Shown piece after piece: positions 8,649 to 16,076 of a stretch of 38,116 nucleotides of DNA. The stretch's first letter is position 1; every line of letters starts with the position of its first letter. Position numbers and translations under genes: made by a program. This stretch comes from a virus, in IMG/VR virus record IMGVR_UViG_3300014960_000001, positions 1 to 38,116 of that record. One strand, 5' to 3'. Below the pieces are notes generated by a model. It was not told the DNA's origin and ran no database searches. It saw only the letters and a list, made by a program, of their open reading frames with translations.

Positions 8649-10040
8649 TTAATACTCGAAGCCAGTAACAACGAAGCGTGTCACACCCTCCAATGTCAGC
8701 GTACCCGTGGGGCCGTAGCCTGCTAGCGTAAAGCCAAGTCCCGTCCCTGCGGGAAACTCCAGCCCATCAGGAAAATTGACCGTGACGGAATCCAATCCGC
8801 CCGTCATTGCAGTCGTAGTCGCACCCGCTCTCGATCCGCATTCACATGACCACACCAGCGGGGAGGCCAGAACTGCCGTGCCTGCCGTGTTTGCGCGAAT
8901 ACGCATCACCGCACTTCCCACCGTTGCGAGTGATTTGGTAGTCATGGTGACACTCGTCAACCGCAGCGTCTTGCCCGTAGGAACAACCGCAGGGGTTGTC
9001 GTACCCGCTACCGCAGCGTTGTTGTACCACTGCACTACGGTTTGCAATGCTTCAGCCACCGGAGCGGCTGTGTAAGCATCAAGCATGAATATGCGAATCG
9101 TTCTTCCAGAGTCCGTTGTCTTCTGGACAGGCAGAGAATACAAAGGCTGCTGGCCCTTCTGAACCATCGGCGTACTTGATCCAGCCGCGATGCAAGAAGT
9201 CTTCACCACCAAGTTGCTGCCTGTTGAACTGAGCCAATACTTGATCGGCAGGTTCGGCGTGCGAATCGACGGGATAGCCTGTGAGTTCGGGTAACGGATT
9301 TGATGCATCAGCACCCAATTGCCGTCCGGTGACATCACTTCAAACTCAACCGGCCCGATGCCCAACCAACCGAACCGAATCCGGTACAGGTTCAGCTTCG
9401 TCGGGTCTAGCGTCTGCACAGCACCGTTGCTGGTGAAGTCGGAACCGACAGCAGACGAACACGGATCGACGTTCCACGATGCCTGCGCTACCGATGTAAT
9501 GACGCTGGCTGTGCTTGAGGAAATGCTGAAGGATGTGCCTTCCATCCCAATCCAAAAGCCTTCAGCTTCGTCCGTTAATCCTACCCGTTGAAACGTACCC
9601 GCAACGCCCGTGGTGAAGCTGGCCGTGAAATACACGAACACTTCTTCACCAGCACGGTAGGTCAGCGTGGTCGCGCTTGTTCCTTTGGCCGTTGATGGGT
9701 TGGTAACGCCCGTGCTGAACGTCGCCATGCCAACCGTTGTACTGCCCCAATCGCTTGCGCCTGTGCCGGTGTTTGCCGTGGTCAGCACGTTGCCAATGGT
9801 GCCGGTAGAGGCGAAGTTCACTTCGATCTGGTTAGCACGCTGACCGATGACCATTGAACCAAACTCGCTCATGGCCCCCTGCATTTCAACAGGGAGGGCA
9901 TTGGCGTGGCTTACATCGCCCGAGTTCTGCCCATCTTGACCATGCACGATCTTGACGCGCTGGAACTTGACGCCGCCAATGTCATCGGAAGCAATAACGT
10001 CGCCGCCAGACCCGGCGTTGAGAGTGGTGTTGTCAGCCAC
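8649..10040 (-). CDS. Large virion-module protein (463 aa), unknown function
   Basis: ORF-track entry with a GTG start, packed between portal-proximal genes. Confidence 0.6.
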   Translation of the reverse strand: MADNTTLNAGSGGDVIASDDIGGVKFQRVKIVHGQDGQNSGDVSHANALPVEMQGAMSEFGSMVIGQRANQIEVNFASTGTIGNVLTTANTGTGASDWGSTTVGMATFSTGVTNPSTAKGTSATTLTYRAGEEVFVYFTASFTTGVAGTFQRVGLTDEAEGFWIGMEGTSFSISSSTASVITSVAQASWNVDPCSSAVGSDFTSNGAVQTLDPTKLNLYRIRFGWLGIGPVEFEVMSPDGNWVLMHQIRYPNSQAIPSIRTPNLPIKYWLSSTGSNLVVKTSCIAAGSSTPMVQKGQQPLYSLPVQKTTDSGRTIRIFMLDAYTAAPVAEALQTVVQWYNNAAVAGTTTPAVVPTGKTLRLTSVTMTTKSLATVGSAVMRIRANTAGTAVLASPLVWSCECGSRAGATTTAMTGGLDSVTVNFPDGLEFPAGTGLGFTLAGYGPTGTLTLEGVTRFVVTGFEY

Positions 10041-10042
10041 GG

Positions 10043-10510
10043 TTATGCCGGCGTGATCGTCAGAATATCAGTGCCTGCGCCCTGGAAGTCGATGGTCAGC
10101 GATCCAGTCACGATACTCGCGCTACCCGCCGCGGACAGCTCGATATAGGCGAATGCACGCTTGTTGGCATCGGTATTGTTGAACAAGATGCCGTAGGCGC
10201 CGTTACTGAATCCCGATGCGTTCTGCGGGATGACAATATCGGTCGCGCGCAGGGTAAGAACACCCGCCACGTTCGTCCAGGTGACGGATGCAAGGCTAAT
10301 CGGGCCGGTATAACCACCGCCAATGCCGACTTGGTTGGTGGCGAAGTTGGTCGTGCCAGTGCCGCCCCAATGCGGGACAGCCGTCGTAATAGACGGGACC
10401 GTTGCGGTCGTCACGATGCCAAGCTGCAGCGTGTCGGACGACAGGTTCATCGCCTTGTTGCCGATAGCGAGAAGGCCATCAGCGAACCACTTTATCGAAC
10501 CAGTAGCCAT
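10043..10510 (-). CDS. Virion-module protein (155 aa), unknown function
   Basis: The ATG overlaps the portal stop by 1 nt. Gly/Thr/Ala-rich. Confidence 0.55.
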   Translation of the reverse strand: MATGSIKWFADGLLAIGNKAMNLSSDTLQLGIVTTATVPSITTAVPHWGGTGTTNFATNQVGIGGGYTGPISLASVTWTNVAGVLTLRATDIVIPQNASGFSNGAYGILFNNTDANKRAFAYIELSAAGSASIVTGSLTIDFQGAGTDILTITPA

Positions 10511-12765
10511 TACATTCCGCCTTCGTTAATCGGCTCGTCTTCAATCGTTCCCTCGTACATCGATCCCGAGGGCGCCATGATCTTCATTCGCTTGCGCATC
10601 AATATTTTCGGCAGCGGCGGCTCTTCGGCTTCGTTGTCGAAGTCGCCCTCGACATCCGCCGTCATGGCAGGGGAAGGCGGTGCCATGCGTACCTTCTGCA
10701 GCTCGACGTAGCCCTTCAGCTCTTCGATTTCCTGGTCGGCCTCGATGTTCATGGCCGCGATCTGCACCTTTACTTCGGCATCCTTCTGCGCCTTTTCGAG
10801 CGCCAGACGGGCATCGATCTCGGCTGCCTTCTGCTTCGCCTCGATCTCGGCAGCCAGTTCTGCGGCCTTGATCCTTGCTTGCATTTCAACCTTCTGCATG
10901 TCGGCAGCATTGCCCTGCTTGGCTTCCTGCAGTTGGCGGTGCGCTTCTTCAAGGGCGGCGCCGGTATGGTCGAGCTGCTGCGTGAGAAGCTGCATCTTCT
11001 GCATCACTTCAGGCGGGATCTGCGGCTGTCCCTTCTGCTCCTGCAGCTGCGGCGGCAGCATCTTCGCCAGACGCTCGGCCAGTTGGTCTGCCATCGGGAA
11101 GTCGGCCGCGCGCATGATCAGGTCGCCAGCCACCTGCATCAGCGCAGGATTGCGGCCGGCCATTTCCGTCAGCGCAGCGAACGCTTCTTGGCGTTGTGTC
11201 TGGAATGCCGGGCCAGTGTCAATGACGACGTCGTACTTGCCGACAGTCGGGTTGAAGATGGCCGTCACGTCGCTTTCGCTGATCTCTGACAGGTCGGTAT
11301 GCGGCTGCGGGTGGGCAGGGTCGAGCATCGCCTGGCTCTGCTGGCCATCGAGGCCAAGAATGCGAACGATGCGCGCCGTGTCGTAATACTTCTGGATCAG
11401 GTCGATCAGCACCTTCGCTTCATAGCGCAGCGCCCTCGCCAGGTTGTCAGGGAAGTGGAACGTCGCAATCTCGCCCTGCACCTTGAGGCGCTGGATGCCG
11501 ATGCCCGAACTGGCCTCGCTCTTGATGCCGAAGTTGCTGTTCTGCTGGCCGGAAGCCGCGCGCATCTCTTCGGTAGACAGCTGCAACAGCTGCACCTGGG
11601 CGGCCGGCATGACCGCGGGCTGCTGCCGTTCCGGACGCGGCAGGGCATTCCCAGCCTCGTCATAGGCATTGAATGGCAGATAGGCTTGGTTCTCGACGTT
11701 CGCCGAGCGCCACACATCCTCATAGCCTTCAATGGCCTCTGCGGCAGCCATGTACGGCACCTTGTTCTGCAGGGCCAGCGTCTGGACCGTCTCGGAATAG
11801 GCGAAGTTGACCATGCGCGCCGGGTCTTTCAGGTCGCGCACAATGCCCTTGCGGACAATCTCGCCGTCGACATTCACTTCCTTGCCGACCACCGCAATGA
11901 TGGGCAGGAAGTCGCCGAGCCATTCGGTTTCGTCGATAGGCTCGTCATGGCCACCGACCAGCTTGCACCAGCGCCACTTCTTGACCTCAGTCGGGCGTTC
12001 CTTGACGACAACAGCGCCCGGCGGAAGCTGAGACTTCAGGCACGTCGAGCCGTCATGAAGCAGGCAGGCCGTGTCCTTTTCATACTCGCACCAGAAATAC
12101 TCGGCTCGCCTGAACGTCTCGTCGCTGACCCAATCGGAATGCTTGCCATCGTCGGCCCAGGATTGCGGGTCGATTTCAGGATGCTCGCGCTTGGCCTGTT
12201 CCTTCGTGATGTCCTCGAAGATAAAGCCCCAGTTGGCGTCCGACTTGTCGAGTTCCTTGCAATCCGGGTCGATATAGACAAGGCTCGGATTCGGAACGGC
12301 CTTGATCTTGATGACCTGATTGAAACTGTCCGGCGACTCGTATTCGGTCACGATGCGCCAGTAGCCTTCGCCGCCATAGACGCTGTGCTCGGCGGCCACA
12401 TCGTGCGCCTCATCGGCGGCAGACTGCACCTGGATATTGCGGATCAGGCCGCCGAGGATCTCGGCCGTCTTCTTGTCCGCGCTGTCGTCGGCCGGGCTGA
12501 CCTTAACGGCCGGCCTGTTCTGACGAATGGCGTTGATGATCTGATTACAGTGCTGCGCGGTCAAATTGACCGTCAGGCAAACGCGCTTGTCCAGCTTGCG
12601 CGTGTTCCGGATCTCTTCCGGCCATTGCCAGTAGTTGTCCGAGTCGCCCATGGCAAAGCGGGTGTCCTGCGCGGCCAGCATTCTGGACGCGGAATAGGCT
12701 TCGCGCGCACGCTCGAACCGCAGCTTTGCCTCTTTGACGAGAGGGTTGGCTTCGGACGTGGCCAT
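10510..12765 (-). CDS. Portal protein with a long C-terminal coiled-coil barrel (P22-like)
   Basis: A 751-aa ORF directly after terL, with its ATG at 12765 sharing one base with the terL TGA. The C-terminal ~150 aa are Ala/Glu/Lys/Gln heptad-like, as in the P22 gp1 barrel. Confidence 0.8.
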   Translation of the reverse strand: MATSEANPLVKEAKLRFERAREAYSASRMLAAQDTRFAMGDSDNYWQWPEEIRNTRKLDKRVCLTVNLTAQHCNQIINAIRQNRPAVKVSPADDSADKKTAEILGGLIRNIQVQSAADEAHDVAAEHSVYGGEGYWRIVTEYESPDSFNQVIKIKAVPNPSLVYIDPDCKELDKSDANWGFIFEDITKEQAKREHPEIDPQSWADDGKHSDWVSDETFRRAEYFWCEYEKDTACLLHDGSTCLKSQLPPGAVVVKERPTEVKKWRWCKLVGGHDEPIDETEWLGDFLPIIAVVGKEVNVDGEIVRKGIVRDLKDPARMVNFAYSETVQTLALQNKVPYMAAAEAIEGYEDVWRSANVENQAYLPFNAYDEAGNALPRPERQQPAVMPAAQVQLLQLSTEEMRAASGQQNSNFGIKSEASSGIGIQRLKVQGEIATFHFPDNLARALRYEAKVLIDLIQKYYDTARIVRILGLDGQQSQAMLDPAHPQPHTDLSEISESDVTAIFNPTVGKYDVVIDTGPAFQTQRQEAFAALTEMAGRNPALMQVAGDLIMRAADFPMADQLAERLAKMLPPQLQEQKGQPQIPPEVMQKMQLLTQQLDHTGAALEEAHRQLQEAKQGNAADMQKVEMQARIKAAELAAEIEAKQKAAEIDARLALEKAQKDAEVKVQIAAMNIEADQEIEELKGYVELQKVRMAPPSPAMTADVEGDFDNEAEEPPLPKILMRKRMKIMAPSGSMYEGTIEDEPINEGGM

Positions 12766-14009
12766 CAGCCCATCCATCCGAGGTTGTGAGTGTGAGCGTG
12801 CATGTGATTCGGTTCCTTGTGTTTGATCGGTTTCGCCCGCCTGGCACCTTCACAGGCATAGCGCACCGCATCGATGATGTGGTTGTTCTTGTCCTCTAGG
12901 ATCGGCAACACCTGTCCGGTCATCGGGTCGGTCTTGTACGAGTACATCGTCAGCTCGTCTATCGTGTGCTGACAGCGCGGATGCACGACGATGTCAAACG
13001 ACTTGAGCCACTCGATACCGTCCTCGATGCTTCCGCTGCCCTTGATGGCAGCGCGGATCTTCGGGAAGCCGTTCTTCAGCATGTGGCTGATCGTTTCCGG
13101 CCGGCTGCTGTCCGCCGTGATCGGCCACTTCTCAGCCTCCGGAATGCTCATAAACAGTTCCGGCAGATTCACAATCTCGCAGCCGATGGCATGGGCCTCG
13201 TAGTCGATATAAAGCCGGTTTCCTTCGATAGAGCAGCGCACCAGCACGCTAGGATCAGTTGCGAAGCCCCAGTCAGCGCCAAGGCGGTAAATCGTCCCAG
13301 CGGGCCGATCAAACTCTTCGATGACCCAGTTCTTGAACACCCGCGCTTCGCTGTTGCGCTGGTATTCGCCAAGCCAGATGTGCGCGAACTTGTCCGGGTC
13401 GCGCCGCTGGTCATACTCGAGATCGCGCAGCAGCACATCCGGCAGCCATGGGTTGTCGCGGTAGTTCGCCTTCACCACCACTGCGCCAGGCGGCAGGTTG
13501 TCACCGCGCAGGAACGCATCCACCGGGTCTGTGTCAAGGTTCGGGTTCCAGCTGAACCACAGCTCAGAGCCGTCCTTGCGGATGGTTGGGCGTAGCAGAT
13601 CCAGCGAACGCTGGCTGAGCGACTGCGCTTCCTCGACCCAGGCTATCGAGTAGCCTTCAAGCGACTTGATCGAATCCGCCGTGTGGTTCTGCATGCCCTG
13701 GAAGATGATCTGCCCGCCATGCGGCGTCAGTATCTTGGATTCCTGAACAACGAAGCCCTGCACACCTAGCTGCTCGATCTTCAGTTCAAGCAACTTCTTG
13801 ACAGACTGATTCAGCGACTTCTGTATCTCTCGAACGCACACCACATCCTCGCGCTTCCGCAAGCAGCGTGCGATGACCATTTCGGCAAAGAAGTGCGACT
13901 TGCCGGACCCGCGACCGCCCCAGGCGCCCTTGTAGCGGGCAGGATTCAGAAGGGGAACAAATGCCCGCGCGACCGGAAGGTTCAGCTTGCCGGATCGACT
14001 ATCTGCCAT
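12765..14009 (-). CDS. terL: Terminase large subunit
   Basis: Walker A motif GGRGSGKS near the N-terminus, 414 aa, and a nuclease-type C-terminal half. It lies between terS and portal. Confidence 0.85.
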   Translation of the reverse strand: MADSRSGKLNLPVARAFVPLLNPARYKGAWGGRGSGKSHFFAEMVIARCLRKREDVVCVREIQKSLNQSVKKLLELKIEQLGVQGFVVQESKILTPHGGQIIFQGMQNHTADSIKSLEGYSIAWVEEAQSLSQRSLDLLRPTIRKDGSELWFSWNPNLDTDPVDAFLRGDNLPPGAVVVKANYRDNPWLPDVLLRDLEYDQRRDPDKFAHIWLGEYQRNSEARVFKNWVIEEFDRPAGTIYRLGADWGFATDPSVLVRCSIEGNRLYIDYEAHAIGCEIVNLPELFMSIPEAEKWPITADSSRPETISHMLKNGFPKIRAAIKGSGSIEDGIEWLKSFDIVVHPRCQHTIDELTMYSYKTDPMTGQVLPILEDKNNHIIDAVRYACEGARRAKPIKHKEPNHMHAHTHNLGWMG

Positions 14010-14410
14010 GCGACCTCTTGCACCTGAACGGGACCGCCGTCAGGGCCGCTAAGCTCATTCAGAACCTTGTCGCCATACTTCTTCGGCGCGACCTTTCCGG
14101 CATACCACTTGCGCGTGTCGATCTGCAGGCGCTGCTTCTGAACGGCCGCCGAATCAAGTCCGCCAGTTGCCGTCGAAGGAATAGGCTCGTCGGCAATTTG
14201 CAGCATTTCATCCACCAGCGCGTCAGCCTGCGCAGCTTTCGCGCGCGCGTACTGTTCCGCAAAGGCGTTCTGCTGACACAGCCACTTGCAGACGGTGGAA
14301 GTCACGGGCATTTTTTCGTCACGACAAACGCCGCGCAGGCTTTCGCCATTGGCAATGCGAGCGCATATCTCGTCAGCAACCTTCTGGTTGAACGAACTTG
14401 GACGACCCAT
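13982..14410 (-). CDS. terS: Terminase small subunit (142 aa from the ATG at 14410)
   Basis: MGRPSSFNQKVADEICARIANGESLRGVCRD... is a typical HTH terS N-terminus. An AAGGA RBS precedes the ATG. The longer track ORF (to 14602) would run through a terminator. Confidence 0.75.
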   Translation of the reverse strand: MGRPSSFNQKVADEICARIANGESLRGVCRDEKMPVTSTVCKWLCQQNAFAEQYARAKAAQADALVDEMLQIADEPIPSTATGGLDSAAVQKQRLQIDTRKWYAGKVAPKKYGDKVLNELSGPDGGPVQVQEVAWQIVDPAS

Positions 14411-14477
14411 GATTTCCTTACCTTGCCGAAGAGGCAGACCCAATGAAGCGCATTGGTACGCCGTAGCGGTGACGAAG

Positions 14478-14506
14478 AAATAAAAAAGCCCGCTGGGGCA
14501 GCGGGC
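14478..14506 (-). terminator. Rho-independent terminator just upstream of terS (tR'-like)
   Basis: The minus strand reads GCCCGCTG-(GGG)-CAGCGGGC followed by TTTTTTATTT. Confidence 0.75.
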
Positions 14507-14593
14507 GAACTTGGCGAGGGGCCAAGGGTGGAGGAGTTTGGTTGCGCTCGCCGGTAACGCTCCGGTTCTCCAGGTTATGGGCCTGGCGTGGGT

Positions 14594-14622
14594 CTTATCC
14601 ACTACCGCGCAATAGGCGTAAA
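14594..14622 (-). promoter_or_regulatory. Candidate late promoter (PR'-like): TTTACG-N17-GATAAG
   Basis: The minus strand carries -35 TTTACG (plus strand 14617-14622) and -10 GATAAG (plus strand 14594-14599). The site lies between two terminators and downstream of a Q-like gene. Confidence 0.3.
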
Positions 14623-14644
14623 AAAACCACCGCGGTGGGTGGTT
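14618..14644 (-). terminator. Rho-independent terminator ending the cro-to-Q early operon
   Basis: The minus strand reads AACCACC-CACCGC-GGTGGTT followed by TTTTT. Confidence 0.65.
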
Positions 14645-14733
14645 ACGTTTCTTTAGGGCGCAAAAGGCCGCGCCGAGAACGGATTATCCATATCGGAAAG
14701 CGCGTGTCAATAGTTTTTTGTTATTGCGGTGCG

Positions 14734-15027
14734 TCATTCAAAAATTGATTTCCTCAGAATGTTTGCTGATGACAATAATTCCTCAAGAAGCTCTTTTGCA
14801 TTCTTTGCGTCCTCGCCACAGATTCCATCTTTTGTTCTGACGGAATCGATAAAGTCCAACACAAGCTCACTGATTGAACTTGTCCCAATAAGCACTTTTT
14901 CTCCATCTCCGTAAAGATAGATATAGATTTCACCAGCATTTTCGACTGGATCGCATCCCCTTCCATCATCCGGCTTGTCTCCACTCCGCCACATAACTGG
15001 TAATGTAATACCGCCTTGAAGACTCAT
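14734..15027 (-). CDS. AT-rich moron, 97-aa acidic protein of unknown function
   Basis: The ATG overlaps the Q-like stop as ATGA. The region is visibly AT-rich compared with its flanks. Confidence 0.6.
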   Translation of the reverse strand: MSLQGGITLPVMWRSGDKPDDGRGCDPVENAGEIYIYLYGDGEKVLIGTSSISELVLDFIDSVRTKDGICGEDAKNAKELLEELLSSANILRKSIFE

Positions 15028-15401
15028 ACCGCTATCCCCTTTCTCCTGGCCCGGATCAAAAACTCGATGGTTCCACCCACCAACATCTCATACGGCTGCC
15101 GCATCCGCCACACATCGGCGTAATAGCGGCACCATATCGCCATCACCTGAACCGTGAGGCCGTCGCGGCCCATGTCATCTAGGATGGCCTCGCTAATGGC
15201 ACCTGTTCGGCGATCTGCTGCGCTCACCAGCTCATCGAAGCTATCTTCGGTACTGGCTCCGCCACAATCAAAGCCGGCCGAGCGCTTGGGATAGCCGAGA
15301 GCGACAACACCGCCCTCGCAGTGCTTCCAGGTTCCCCAGATGCGAAGGATGCGGTCGGCTTCTGAGTGGATGCCGACTTCTTGATTGGATGGGCAGTTCA
15401 T
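15024..15401 (-). CDS. Antitermination protein Q-like late regulator (125 aa from the ATG at 15401)
   Basis: The WGTW...LGYPKRS...ILDDM pattern resembles the phage antiterminator Q family. A GGAGA RBS is present. It sits directly upstream of the terminators and late operon. Confidence 0.5.
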   Translation of the reverse strand: MNCPSNQEVGIHSEADRILRIWGTWKHCEGGVVALGYPKRSAGFDCGGASTEDSFDELVSAADRRTGAISEAILDDMGRDGLTVQVMAIWCRYYADVWRMRQPYEMLVGGTIEFLIRARRKGIAV

Positions 15402-15522
15402 GGCTTTCGTCTCCAGTCTATGCAGGCTATGGTGCGGATGCACCGATAGAGGCGACACCACAGTCGCAGGCCGAGGTAGCGGCGCTTGGTGGTGCAGTGG
15501 GTGCAAGTGGCGCAGGATCGGG

Positions 15523-15894
15523 TCATGCTGGCAGCCCAAGGTAGTCGCGGATAGTGGCTATGGCTTCATCGGCGCCATGGGCGCAAACTGCCATGTAGCC
15601 CTGCTGTTGCATTTCGGCGAGCCAGTCGGCCTGGTTGGCTTGGAGTTGGCCATTTCCGGCCTTCAGTTCTATCCAGAGGCCATGGTGGGGTGCAACTGCC
15701 ACCGGCAGGAAAAGATCGCTTACGCCGGCTTTTACGCCAAGTGCTTTCAATCGTGCCGCTTCAGTGCGCGTGCGCCATCCGCCATTCGGAATATGGAAGA
15801 TGAGGCCGCTGCCTGCACTGGTGGTGCCGTGGAGTCGGTAGGCGGTGGTTCGGCACCACTCGATGACTTTTTGCTGTTCGGCTGCTTCGCTCAT
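15523..15894 (-). CDS. VRR-NUC domain nuclease (123 aa from the ATG at 15894)
   Basis: Contains IPNGG...EAARLKALGVKAGVSDL...WIELKAGNGQL...Q..W, a VRR-NUC type D...ExK core. Confidence 0.7.
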   Translation of the reverse strand: MSEAAEQQKVIEWCRTTAYRLHGTTSAGSGLIFHIPNGGWRTRTEAARLKALGVKAGVSDLFLPVAVAPHHGLWIELKAGNGQLQANQADWLAEMQQQGYMAVCAHGADEAIATIRDYLGLPA

Positions 15895-15910
15895 GTCCGT
15901 CCGCCTAAAG

Positions 15911-16076
15911 TGTCCGGCGTCCGGGTGTCTGTAGACACACCCGGACACGGCGGACAGAATCCTTGGCGGAAATCCGGACAAACCGGACGAATCCGGACAC
16001 AACCGGACACTTAAAGCGGACACTAACCATGCTGTCCGCCTTGTCCGTTTTCGTCCGAATCGGACGTTTCCGGACA
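15911..16076. repeat. Iteron-like array of CCGGAC(A/G) heptamers in both orientations; candidate replication origin
   Basis: Direct copies lie at 15941, 15951(cggaca), 15974, 15983, 15993, 16003, 16016(gcggaca), 16060(tcggacg) and 16070. Inverted copies lie at 15911, 15918, 16033, 16042 and 16052. The four copies from 15974 to 16009 are spaced 9-10 bp apart. Confidence 0.6.

Noticed and set aside
11299-12789. A 496-aa plus-strand ORF antisense to the portal gene
   Set aside because: It has the same shadow-ORF character (Arg/Leu/Val/Ala/Gly-rich, no recognisable motifs) and is fully contained opposite the portal gene.
13982-14602. The long form of the terS ORF (206 aa)
   Set aside because: The 64-aa N-terminal extension would be translated through the intrinsic terminator at 14478-14506. 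The internal ATG at 14410 has an AAGGA RBS and begins a typical terS N-terminus.
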